A stretch of DNA of 64,000 nucleotides, taken from positions 37,882,001-37,946,000 of the forward strand of contig JAGIQG010000017.1 in the NCBI GenBank assembly GCA_024679065.1, given 5' to 3'. The notes under the pieces were generated by a model. That model searched no databases. It was not told the DNA's origin and saw only the letters and a list, made by a program, of their open reading frames with translations. This DNA is from Sphyrna mokarran (lineage: Eukaryota). The translations under genes were made by a program, and so were the position numbers. This document shows, in pieces, positions 51,361 through 63,233 of this stretch (the first letter of the stretch is position 1; the number at the start of each line of letters is the position of its first letter).

Positions 51361-51416
51361 TGATTTATTCTCCTTAGTTAAAGGAAGAGTCACTAATTCT
51401 GATATTTGTTTCCCAG

Positions 51417-51528
51417 TTATCCATACAGTGAGGATTCAAATCAGGGAAAGCAGTACATGAACACAAGGTGTCCCTCATGGTGTGATCGTATCCTTTTGTC
51501 TCATTCAGCAAGGGATCTTATTCATAAG
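51417..51528 (+). CDS. INPP5A: INPP5A internal coding exon (112 nt, phase 2-0; approx. human exon 13) with 5-phosphatase motif PSWCDRIL
   Basis: Acceptor ttgtttcccag, donor AAG|gtaagt. Translates (S)YPYSEDSNQGKQYMNTRCPSWCDRILLSHSARDLIHK; P(S/A)WCDRIL is the inositol 5-phosphatase signature. Confidence 0.97.
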
Positions 51529-51859
51529 GTAAGTCGTTAATCCACAGTTTTGTTCCTCTAATCTTGAAAAAATGTAATAATGAATGTTTAATGGGAAATT
51601 GTCCCAAGTTTTGTGTGTCATACTGTCCTATACATAAGGTTTACAGGTTAAATTTGAATAAATATGTACGTCTTTATCTTGCCTTAATGCAGTGCACCTA
51701 GTAGGGTCTCTGAAGAACTGATATGATAATTGTTTAATCATCAAAGTTAAACTTTAAAACAGTGTATAACTCAGACTACTACATTGTCTGGAGGTGAAAA
51801 AGTCACAGTGCAACATTCATCAGGTATTGACCTCCCTTCCGACCTTGTAAATTTAGGAG

Positions 51860-52235
51860 GATTTTTTAAATTTAATCTGGAGATGTGGGCATTGCAGGCT
51901 GGGCCAGCATTTATTGCCCTTCCCTAATTGCCTTGAACTGAATGATTTGCTCGACCATTTAATAGGCAGCCACGTTGCTGTGGATCTGGAGTCAGATATA
52001 AGCCAGAGGCATGAGGTACGAGTGGCAGATTTCCTTCCCTAAAGGACATGAGTGAAGTAGATGGATTTTTATAACTATTGGAAATGTCATTATGAGGCTT
52101 TTAATTCCAGTTTTTAAAATTGAATTCAAATTTCATTATCTGCCATGGTGGGATTCAAATCCAGGTCTCCAGAAAATTACATTGGGCCTCTAGATTACTA
52201 CCCTAGTGACAATACCACTGTATCACTACTTCCCT
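51860..52235 (-). mobile_element. tRNA-derived SINE (same family as 14590-14905)
   Basis: ggccagcatttattgccc...ttgaattcaaatt...atctgccatggtgggattcaaatcc. Confidence 0.78.
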
Positions 52236-55200
52236 TAATGGTTGTGTATTGTTAAAGCAGGAAACCAGATCACTTTTTTTCTTTCTTAAATCTGTTCATT
52301 GATTCTGCTATTGTTATTCAGCTTTTTTTTATTGTCCCAGCACCTATTGTTATCCTTGTTGAGTTCTGCACACTGCATCATGCAGTTTTTGAATTAAATT
52401 ATGATATTTGGCCATCCAGTAGGCAGTGCAATTGTATCCCTCGTGACAAACAAATCCTCTAAGGCTGATTAAAAGGTACACTCAATGCCAAACCAAGTAC
52501 AAGATGGCTATGGAGACTAACTTGTTTATTAATATTTGTTTAAAAAAATGTATTTTTCAATTTATGTTGCCTATCCCATTCACAAGACATCACCATGGTT
52601 TGGAGCACTAAGGCCCTGTTGCACTCCATCACTAGGAGGTGCATGATTTGGCACCAAATGGCATCCACAACAAACTCTGTGAAGTTCCACACAGTACAAG
52701 CAGCCCGATTTACTGCTGAGTGCTGTCATTTTGCATAAAACTGTCTGCCTCTAATTGAAGCTGCATTGTTTAAAAAAAATATCTTTGCAACGTTGCCATG
52801 TGAGAGAGCATGCTTTTGCCACACAGCTAGTTCAAAATCCCAGTGCGCTACTCCGAGGAGGAAGAATAAATGAATGAGTTGCTGATCATTGTGTACCATT
52901 GTTTAAAGCAAACATAACCGTAAGCAGAAATTGATATTCATCATATCATTCAACATCCAAAGAGCAAACGTCTCTTTGACTGTATTATAGCCTTCTTAAA
53001 ACAAAACTCAGATATTTCATTCCAAAACTATTTAATTGTCTTCACTTATTTGTTATAAGGCAGTAAAGAGAACTGTGGTTTGAATTTTTAAACCTGGTTG
53101 AAATAGTGGCTATCAAATAAAATAATCTTGACATTGAAATTTTCCCTAGATCCATTTCTCTGTCATTTTCACTACATCTCCCTGTCTGTCTGCTTCTGTC
53201 TCTGTTTTCTTCACGTATCTCTTGCCTTGGCTGTCGTACTGTGTTCTTGCTTCCTGGAATAGACAACTTCAGTCAAAATCCTTTACCGCTGCCCTACTCT
53301 TCAGCAAAAATAAACCATCCATCTTATGCAAAGGCACGTGTGCATTAACTGTATTACTATCTATACTGTCAAGGAACATTAACGCTGTCTTTACCATAAC
53401 CATGACTATATTACATAGCATGAAAGCTTTACTTGTCTCCATGCATCTAACCAAGAGCCAAATGTTTATTTGATTTTACCTGCGCAAGGGGGAATTTTCA
53501 TGGCTACTTCATATTACCCTTCCTAAGATACCAGTAGTTTAGTTCTTGATCTTTTCAGTTGTCATTAAAATTGTTAATGTTGCTTTTCTCTCCTTTCTGT
53601 CTTGTAAGGGCTTTCACCACTTCTGATAGAGTCAGAAGGCCCATGACCTTCAACACTCTTCCTCAGTGTGTGTTGGGAGCATTAAATGGACACATGAATA
53701 GTACCTAGTAGATTCTCAAATAACTCATTGAATGTTGATTTTTTTCCCTTTGAAGTTTGTTAGCTGCAAATGGCATTGTGTCAATTTTAAATGTTGTATA
53801 TTACAAATGAGAGGCAAATGTTGAATTATTTGGTTCATTTTATTGTCTGACATTGTAGTTTTGACAAAGTGCAAGGGATAGTCTTTAGGATTTATGCAAG
53901 TTTGTCTTCCAACTCTATTAGTATTTGAAACATTGAATTATCTAATTAGTACCTCATTCAGTTGCAAATACAAGCACAGTTTATATAGACATCTAGCTGA
54001 TAACTGAATTGACAAAAGATTAACAATTTTGAGATTTTTTTGTAGTTTAGCAAATATCAGTTTCAGTTTATGGAGGTTTTAGCCAATTGAGCCTTTTGAC
54101 TGGTTTGTGCTGTTCATTGTCATCAGTTTGATATTGCTCCTGTAGCAATCTGTCCCTCTCTTCATTGATCTTCCTCGATTTAGAGTAAAAAGTGAAGCAT
54201 CTGATCCGTAAAATGCCGTTTGCATTATAATTAGATTGCATCTCTCTCCACATTTATTTCATTGCCTCCCGTGATTGCCCAGGTACATAATAGCACAGAT
54301 AGAGAGCTCACTTCAGGATCCCGCAGATAGAGGCCCAGCTAATGTGTGTATCATCTCATATTAGCGCTCGGCACGTTGAGCACAATGCACTAGGCGTTAC
54401 AGATTGTACAGACATGGAGCTGTAAACAGCCACTGTGCAACATCATCTATCATGCCACGGTCCGTTAACTCACCATCATGTTATTTTATGCTTTCTGAGC
54501 CCTAACACACCAAAGGTTGGCCACTGCTTCGGAGCTGCGTAACTGCTTGATAGCATGTGATAATGAATGCTCAGTGAAGTGTAGTTTTGTTTCTGCTTGT
54601 ATGCTGCTGTAATTTGTTTATCCTGTCTTAAGATTATGCAGCCGAAAATCTACAATTTTAAGCTGCTTTTGAAAATTATCATCTTGATTTTGATGAATGC
54701 ACTTGAACTTCCTGCTATGACTACATGATGATTCCAGCATATTGAAAGTATCCATGCATATATATAAAAGGTTAGGTTTTGATTGTAGGCAACAGTGCTT
54801 TATAATAATGTGTCTGACCTTAAAGCAGCTCATTGCATTCAAAGCTAATTAGAAGATTGTTGATTTCTTGTGCTTTTATGTTGTGGCTTTATTTAATTTT
54901 CTGTGGTGTCCATTTGACTACATCACAAGCGTGAAGTAACACAGTCACAAGAACCTTCTTAATAAATCCTCTTATAAATGAGATTTTATCCAAACCCAGT
55001 TTTCCTATTTGAATCCATTGCTTCCATGTTGCCACATATTCTCTGTTCGGCTAAATGGATTGCAGACTACCATACTAATCCTCTATGCACAGCCTAGCTC
55101 GTGGTAGAAGCAAAAAATGGGTGAAGTGCCAGTTGTATTTTATAAGGTACATTACACAAATAAAATTTGATCCTGAGAGTTTTACACAAATTGAATTGAT

Positions 55201-55745
55201 GTTAAGATGGCCCTCTACATCAGACTTAATTTACAATCGAAGGAGGACAGGCACTATAATGAGAGCAGGTGGCTGAATCGAAGTTAGGAGCTATGGACTT
55301 TTAGGGCATGAGTGAGCATTAAAGCTGCCTGCACCGACTGTGAACTTGGATGAGGTTTAATTGAAGTGTGATGCACAAAGCTTATACTTGCTATTTACTG
55401 TCATATTCTATTTACACAGCCTGAAGTGTCACAAAATATCATGGGTGACTCCTGTGTTTCTATTACTGAACAGGATATCGATTTGTCTAACTTGTTTATA
55501 CGTGAAAGGACAGTTTCAGTTTGATCGTGACCTTTCTGCAGTCGTGTGGACCTAACCAAAATATATTTGTGCCTCTCTACAGTAAAGTGAGAGGATGAGC
55601 CATTGGCATAAATGTTGAATGGCAATAAATTGACGCTTTAATCCCAACAATATTTGCATCATCCGTTTACATTCAATGAATACTTAATTGACAAAAGACT
55701 CTTTTCCTGTTAAATACTATGATGCTAATTTCATCATAGAGTATT

Positions 55746-56518
55746 TGTTAAGGTCCAGACCAGAAACTTCAAGTCATATTATGGAGTTAGCCTAAACCTC
55801 AAATTTTATATTTGATTTTGTATTGGTGAACATACTCCAGTTATGATACAAGTAATCCACTGGGAAGTGTTTATTGAAACAAACTTTATTTAAAACCACA
55901 GTTAGAATATAGTAAAAAGAAGTTAGCATAACTTCTACCAATTAAAATACTTAGACATAGCAAAGAACAATCTTTAACAGCTAGCTATCTCTGTTGTTCC
56001 AATTTAAAGCAATATCCATAGACATATACTGTTCTTCAGAATTAGCACAAAAATAAGTATGCTCACATGATGCTGGATTTTCAGCTTTTTAACATTTCTG
56101 GACAGAGACTCAGACAGTAATTTTCAGAGAAAGAGCCACTTTCATACAGCATAATCTCCAAAAAAGAGATTTATTTCCTGGGAGATTCCAATTTCCAACT
56201 TAAGAGCAGGGAAAAAAAGAGACACTGCTCTTGTTTGACTCAAAAGCAGCCTCTAAGCTTGAATATTCTGTGTAAACCCTCCTTCCCCATCACATGTCCA
56301 TATTTGCCAATCATCCCAATCAAGCCCCATTCTGTAAAATCCAAGGAGAAACAGGAGAGCAGCATTAGTTCAGATTAAAACAAATATTCAGCCATTAGAA
56401 ACTATTATAATACAGGATGCCAGTAGGCAGATTGGCTCCAGGCACATAAAACTGCTACAACAGACCCTGCTCAAGAACATGTCTCAAATACATTTCTTAA
56501 AGGCACAATAGCATCACA
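55746..56518. mobile_element. Possible solo LTR
   Basis: TG...CA bounded block of about 770 bp with a minus-strand AATAAA; no clean TSD seen. Confidence 0.3.
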
Positions 56519-57179
56519 TTATAATTCAAACAGGTTTATACACCAAGATGTGACAATACAATAGTAACTTGTGAAAATGTGAAATTTTGGGATGTGAAAC
56601 ATTACTATTTGCTGTGCTTGCTTGAGCACGGTGTGAAGGTTATTGTGGTATACCAATTCCCCATCATATGATTGCCAAAATAGATAAAAGGTAGAAAAAC
56701 TCTATGTGATCCCCTCCAAGAAATCCGCAGCACTGAGAAGAAGGGATCAGAATCTCTACCTCTCAACTTTTAAAGTTTGCTGCATAGTAACCAGTTTACT
56801 TATTTTAAAAAATCATCTTGATGTGAGACGATTAGGAGAGGAGTGTTCCCCCCAGCTCCCGGCTCTCCGGGGTGTCACTGCCTGCCCATGCTAACTGCCC
56901 CCTTTTGTATAGGAGCTCAGTGCCCATGCAGTGACCTATCTGAGAACCAATATCACAAGATAGCCATTGGAAGTTGGAAATCTTTGATCCAGTGTGCTGC
57001 TTCTGGCAGTTTGATGGTGCAGGAAACTCACCAGGGGTATTGAAATGAAACCAAGAACCAACAGTGCACATTGAAGTTGTAGCTCCTGATCACATTGTCA
57101 AATATTACAAATTTCTCATTCGTACTGCAGGTGCAGAGGCAAAAACAACTGGAAGTTGCAGGACATTGGTTATTCAACA

Positions 57180-57660
57180 TACCCCTCCACTGTGTTGCGC
57201 CCCTCCCCGTGCTGTGCTCCTCCCAAATGCTGCGCCCTTCCCCTGTGCTGCACCCCACCCCGTGTCGCGCCCCTCTCCTGCATCACGCCCCTCCCCCCGT
57301 GCCCGTTCCTCCTGTGCTGTGCCCCTTGCTCATGCTATGCCCCATCCCTGCCCCACACCCCTCCCCACCGCGGACCCCTTCCCACACCCCTCCCCCATAC
57401 CATGCCCCCCACTCCATGCCCTCCCTGTACCATGCCCCTCCCAGTACCATGCCCCATCCCTGCCCTGCACTCCTCCCTCGCATGCGCACCAACCGCCCTG
57501 CCCCCTTTGCGCCATGTACCTCTCTGTGCCCCACTCTCCCCCATGCCATGCTCTGCCCATGCTGTGCCCCTCCCCATGCCACACCCTTCCCCCAATCCAT
57601 TCTGCAACTCTCCCCCTCCCCCTCAATGCTACTCACGCCTCCCCCTCGACACTCCCTGAC
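57180..57660. repeat. C-rich low-complexity / degenerate minisatellite (ccatgccc, tgtgcccc units)
   Basis: Very C-skewed; explains the six overlapping Pro- or Gly-rich ORFs. Confidence 0.85.
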
Positions 57661-59707
57661 CATTGTAAAATTTAACTTGTGGTCTGCGATATAAATCTCC
57701 ATAACTTTCCCCTGTTGTGGAAGGAGCTGTTTCTCTATTGCGTAGAGTTACAAAGTGTCTGAAGCTTTATGTTGGTTTTTTGTGCACTCCATTGTTGCTT
57801 TCATGAACGTTTAATCACTTTGTCTTTTGCTGGTTGAGAAGTTTTCAAGAATCATTCCAGCAGATTGATAACAATTGGCTGATCCATTTTGCTCTTCCCA
57901 CAACTCAAATTGTTTTGTGTGTATATGGCTTTACAAAGCAGCCAATTTTACATCAGATTATAAACATTTAAGAGTTTTATTTCTGAATAAAGTAGTGAAA
58001 TATACCCTGCAGAAAAAGCTGTTACAGTCTCAGTAAAGAAGGCTGGTAATTTTATTGAAGCAAGTACTGACCTTAATAGGAATGTGGTCTGTCTTTATCT
58101 AATGCTATTTAGTTTACCACTACATTATTACTACAATAATATAGTTTTATAGAGCAACAGATGAACTCCTATTCAAATATCCTTCCAGAAATGTACCGTG
58201 ACACTCCCTATTCTGGAGCAATGAAAATTATTTGTATGTCATCAATTTTAAAACTGACTTTGCCAGTCTCAATATTTGTTCAAAATTGTAAATGATATCT
58301 TCCTCCGAAAAGTAAACTCTATTCCTCATATTAAGATACATTTGCAATTGGTCTTATTTATTTTCTTTTGTCTGGTCATAAATTTCCCCAGACATTCATA
58401 GGTCTGTTAAGAATCTGGTCCATGAAATTTCCCAACACTCTTCCTTACAAAACAATTCTTTAAATGCCACTCAGAACTTGGCCTCGTCAGAATTACACAG
58501 TAAAACTTTTCTTCTTCAACTTATTTTTTTTAAAAATGACGGTGAAGATCCTCCAGTGGACCCTATTCAGGGTTGCCATAGTAACTCCACCAGGTCGCAG
58601 CTCATGCAGCAGCGAGGGTGATGCCGAGTGCTGATGGCAGTCCCAGAGACACCACATAAATGTGTATTTAACCCTGACCCAGTCTTCTGCCCTTTCACAC
58701 GGCACAGCACAAAACAGAAATCCTGTCCTGCTACTAATGGGACAAAATGGAATTAAGGGAATTAGGCTATCAAATAATTGTGATGCAGAGTTACAAACAG
58801 CCAAGAATGGAAACTTTAAAGTGCACCCATTAATAAGACATTGCAGAATGAAGAACAGAAAAATCATTGACTCCAAAAATAGGATTGATACCATCAGATA
58901 TTAGTGTGATCCACATCTTGAAATGAAGGCTCTGTATGTACATGAAAATGTTCATTACAAACAGAATTTGTTCTTAGCCGATCAGATCTTTTGAAATACT
59001 CAAATGGTTATTAACTACAATAAAGATTGGCTCTGCAGTACAAATCTGGCACCTCAGCAGCTCTTGTTGCTAACTACTCAAGACGTAAATGGTCTTAAAA
59101 ACCAATATTTATTATTCAGAATAAGCAATCATCTGCCTATTCTCTGCGACTTCATGTACCGATTAATACAAAGCCTTTAATGATTATGTGTTAATGGCCT
59201 CTCACACAGTCCTTCGACAACTGTGCAGAAACTACCTTAGTACTTGAGTCCAATGCATAATAATCACGTTGTTACAGAGAAGGTGCAATTTGCCATGAAT
59301 GCAAGTGTCAGTAATAACAAAATCATCAATACTAGAACTGCCACGTAGTAATCGCACAAACACCATTAGTGAAACAGCTTGTGGATATAATTGTTCTCAT
59401 CAATGTTATTCACCTGCTTCTAGAGATGGTTTTCTCCTCCCTTTCCACTGCATTCCCCAAACCCCCCACATCGTGCGTGCTTCCAGTTTGTAAGTGCTGG
59501 AGCAAATGATTTTCTGACTTTCAGCGAGTTTTTCTTTTAACAAATCCATGCAGGGGTGGCCTTCCAACTCTGCTTGTTTGTTAAAACTCTTGTAGATTGC
59601 TTTCTCACTCCCTCTAAATATTTGCCTTTACCGCTGAGCAATTGTGGAAAGACCTTTGCCGTGAATGGCCACTCTGTCTCTAAAGAAAGTGATCTCTGTT
59701 TTTACAG

Positions 59708-59775
59708 GCAGAAAACGATGAGAAGTCAGTTATCTATGACCACATTGGACCAAATGTTTGCATGGGGACCACAAG
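59708..59775 (+). CDS. INPP5A: INPP5A internal coding exon (approx. human exon 14); 68 nt as given, 1 nt short of frame
   Basis: Acceptor tgtttttacag, donor AAG|gtaaag. Translates AENDEKSVIYDHIGPNVCMG, then needs one more G to read DHK (human SESEEKVVTYDHIGPNVCMGDHK). Confidence 0.92.
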
Positions 59776-60770
59776 GTAAAGAGTACTTTGTTGCTAAATT
59801 CAACAGTTTTGTTGAATGCAATGAATGCTATTGTCTCCTCTGTTGGATTACATTACAGTATGGCATGTAGCATGCTAATTATTTTTATTTTCCTTTCACT
59901 CATGGTTTATTCCCCAAAAGGTAAATACTCATTGACGTTCAAGTTGTAATGAGTAACCTTTGAATTATAATTTAATTGGAAGAACTACTCGGCTCCTGTG
60001 ATCAGAGATTGCAACTCCGTGAGAAGCTTGTGATCTGAACAACACAAATGCCAATCCCTTGGTAGTTTGCTTTGGGCGTATTTAGAACTTTAATGGTGTA
60101 ATGATCTGATTGCTCAGTATCCTTTCATAATCTCTGAGTTGATCAGCCCAAGAAGAATGAGCAATGATTTGATCCTTTTTCTGTAAACCCAGTTCCTTCC
60201 TCTCCTTTTATCCTTTGCAAATATTTGGGTGTCAATTCGAAAAATGGCTACTTAAAATTCCACCATGTCCGTAAACTGGTATGTCGAATATATATAATGC
60301 CGCTATGCTGATATAAGACAGAGAACTTTCAAACTGAGTTTCTTATTTTCTTTGAACTCATTCCCAAATAAATAGATTAGATATTTAAAGTATCAAAGGC
60401 TGTCAGAAATCATTGTGGTTTTCTGTTTTTCCATCAAAGTAGTACTATCAGATCTTTCATTTCCTTTTTGTTTTCTCCAGGTTAATGCAGATTTAGTGGG
60501 TGTATGGTGATTTTCTTCATAGGTCAGGTATACAAGCTAGCACTACCTGTATTGTCCAGCATTTCAAGTTATGATTAGCATGCCCCTGTTCCCTTTAGGT
60601 ACATCAACCTTCCGTAAGAGATTAGCTGGAGAATTGAACTAGATGGCCACTGTACTTGAGCTGTTAACAAGTGTAGAGATCATGCTGGAGCTTTTAATGA
60701 AATGTGTTGGATGTATAAATAAAGATATGATGAAGTCTAAGACCAGTGCTGCGTTATGTTCCAGAAAATG

Positions 60771-60938
60771 ATGTGGAGATGCTGGCTTTGGACTGGGGTG
60801 GGCACAGTAAGAAGTCTCACAACACCAAGTTAATAAGTCCAACAGGTTTATTTGGAGTCACGAGCTTTCGGAGTGCTGCCCCTTTATCAGGTGAGTCACC
60901 TGATGAAGGAGTAGTGCTCCAAAAGCTCGTGACTCCAA
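60771..60938. mobile_element. Palindromic Penelope-derived element with two back-to-back minimal hammerheads
   Basis: 43-bp imperfect arms 60852-60894 and 60896-60938; + strand gagtcac CTGATGA a ggag tagtg ctcc AAAA gctc gtgactc; leader homologous to 3343-3450. Confidence 0.82.
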
Positions 60939-60954
60939 CCCTGTCTTCAACCCC

Positions 60955-61210
60955 AGCACCGTCCTGTCCCCCCCCCCCACCCCCGGCTCTGACTCTCTGT
61001 ACCATCAATTATTAACCACTCCCTCTTTGGTTTATCATCTCACATTTGGAACTCGCTCTGTTCTCTGACACACTTGCCAACACCCCACCCACCGTCACTG
61101 CACCCCTCCTCTAACACCCCACCCCTCTTTGAATCCTTTCCTCCCCCCTGAAGCCCTACCACATCTCGTCCCTTCTCTGACAATCTGCCTGTTCCCCCAG
61201 ACCCCAGCCT
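60955..61210. repeat. C-rich low-complexity tract
   Basis: Poly-C and cccaccc runs. Confidence 0.7.
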
Positions 61211-61490
61211 GCAAGGAGAAGGTAGATTCCTTTGGACGTTAAGATCAGACTTTGTATGGCTATCGATTAGAAGTTTAGTTTTAGCACTAATGTTTTAAAA
61301 TTAACTATAATTCCTGCTAATCTTATGACACTGGGGGAAAACATTTTAATAAAGAAAAAACAAGTGGTTCTTGAACTCTTGCATTTCCTATATTAAGAAA
61401 TTTATTTTCAATCCTTTAAGCTAATATAAATAAAGTCTCATTTTAAAACTTCATTCTCTGGTATTAACAGTTAATCATTGAGAAAGTATG

Positions 61491-62369
61491 GGTGGAATTC
61501 TCCCAAGACCTTGCCAGCGGGTTCAATTGCAGGGGTAGGGGTACTACCTCACAGTGCTAGGATCTCAGGTTCGATCATGGCTTTGGATGACTATGTGAAG
61601 TCTGCACATTCTCCAATGTATGCATGGGTTTCCTCCGGGTGCTCCGGTTTTCTCCGACAGTCCCTAGATGTGTACGTTAGGGGGATTGCCCAGGGTAAAT
61701 ACCCATTGGGTAAGGAGGAATTCATTTTTACACCAGTATGAATTTACAGCGGGATCTTTCTTTTGGTGGCCACCATGGCCAATTGGGAAACCCACTGGAA
61801 GTTGGCATGAAACTCATCCGCATCCCTAATATGAAGGCCTGACTGTCCACACCCGATTCTGCACGCCACCAGGGGGAATGTGCTGGTGTGAAACGCATCT
61901 GGAACATTGTGGAGGGCAGACATCAAGGCTCACCTGAATGATGCCTGAGGTGATCTCTGGAGTTCAAGATGGAGGCTGCCAGCAAACCTGGGACCTGGAA
62001 CACCACAGCAGCGGCTTGGGTGCAAGCTAGCAGGTAGCTCTTCCACATTTGCTGTCCTGGAAAGGGTCGACCTTCCAGCCTCAGAGTGTTACCAGAGTTA
62101 TACCTTCATTTTCAGCTGGTCCACCTTCTTTCTTCAATAGTGGGCCAGCAACATTGGATGCCTTTTCAAAATGGTGCCTGGAAAAGGACTATGGACTATG
62201 CGCCATTTGGCCTGCCCTGCCACGAAATACAGCGCAAAACACCCGGTTGAAAATTTAGTGAGGCCAGTGTTAGAAGATTTGAATGCTTTCCCACTAGCCT
62301 TCACAATTGAAAATACCCCACAATCCCCACCCCACCACAGGATCTCATCCCAAAATGGAGAATTCCACC
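61491..62369. mobile_element. Candidate non-autonomous DNA transposon with 13-bp TIRs; contains a nested HE1 fragment (about 61540-61705, +)
   Basis: ggtggaattctcc (61491-61503) and ggagaattccacc (62357-62369) are exact reverse complements; interior more GC-rich than flanks; no TSD resolved. Confidence 0.55.
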
Positions 62370-63039
62370 TTCCATTTCAAGACTAATCTGTTGATTATTA
62401 TTCATAACTTCTTAATGGCATATTAGAGACTTATAATATCAGCAGTAAATATCCACAAGCCTGGACACTACTCTTTGTGACTACTATGAGAAACTAAATG
62501 ACAGGATATCAGTCATTCTGTCCTTTGCCAGCCTCAGTTCTCTGTCTTGCTGAGAAAACTTCAGTGTCAAAATGATGAGGCAAATGGCATTCACCATTAT
62601 TTCTGTATAAATGCTATGCTAACTTTAGCTGAGTGATAGACGCATGCTTACATAACAAGATGCCAAAGTTTTGCCGCTGTGCTGTTGGCTTTTCAAAAAA
62701 AGATTTTTGCTTGCCTTTAAATGTATTGAATTTGTAAAACGTTATTGATTTTGCACATGGGATATACACCTTACCACTGTTTATTGCCCAACCCTTCAAT
62801 ATGATGTGAAGAAGATACCTGTCATGTGCTTTCCTCGTTTAGGTCCCAGATACTGTGGTTGCCTCATACTTTTAGCAACGTAACGGGCAAATATCTGTTG
62901 AGCTGAAGAATACATCTAACAGTGTTGCATGCCATATTACAACAGTAGAAAGAAGAAAAGTGATTACTTTTTATAACTTTGTGATGTCTCAATATGCTAC
63001 ACAGCAAATTAATCATCTTTGGAGGAGAATTACTGTTAT

Positions 63040-63232
63040 AATATGACCAAACATGACAGCTAATTTGTTCACAGCAAGCTCCTATCAACAGCAATGACAT
63101 AATGACCAATTCATTTGCTTTAGCAATGTTGGCTGAGATGTGAGTGCTGCTCTTCTTCATACTGTGCTGTTGGATCCTCTATATCCAGAGGAAAGCATAG
63201 ATGAGCCCTTGATTTGATCTCATCTAAAAGAT
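63040..63232 (-). mobile_element. Old Deu-domain SINE remnant
   Basis: cagctaatttgttcacagcaagctcc..aacagcaatg...tgctcttcttc...tctcatctaaaagatgg. Confidence 0.6.
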
Positions 63233-63233
63233 G

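Noticed and set aside
57064-57702. Six overlapping 90-203 aa Pro/Cys/His- or Gly-rich ORFs
   Set aside because: Artefact of C-rich low-complexity sequence lacking stop codons; no recognisable domain.
59556-59949. ORFs of 104 and 63 aa over the last visible exon
   Set aside because: Alternative-frame read-through; the HGDHKV in one ORF is only the shifted end of the INPP5A exon.
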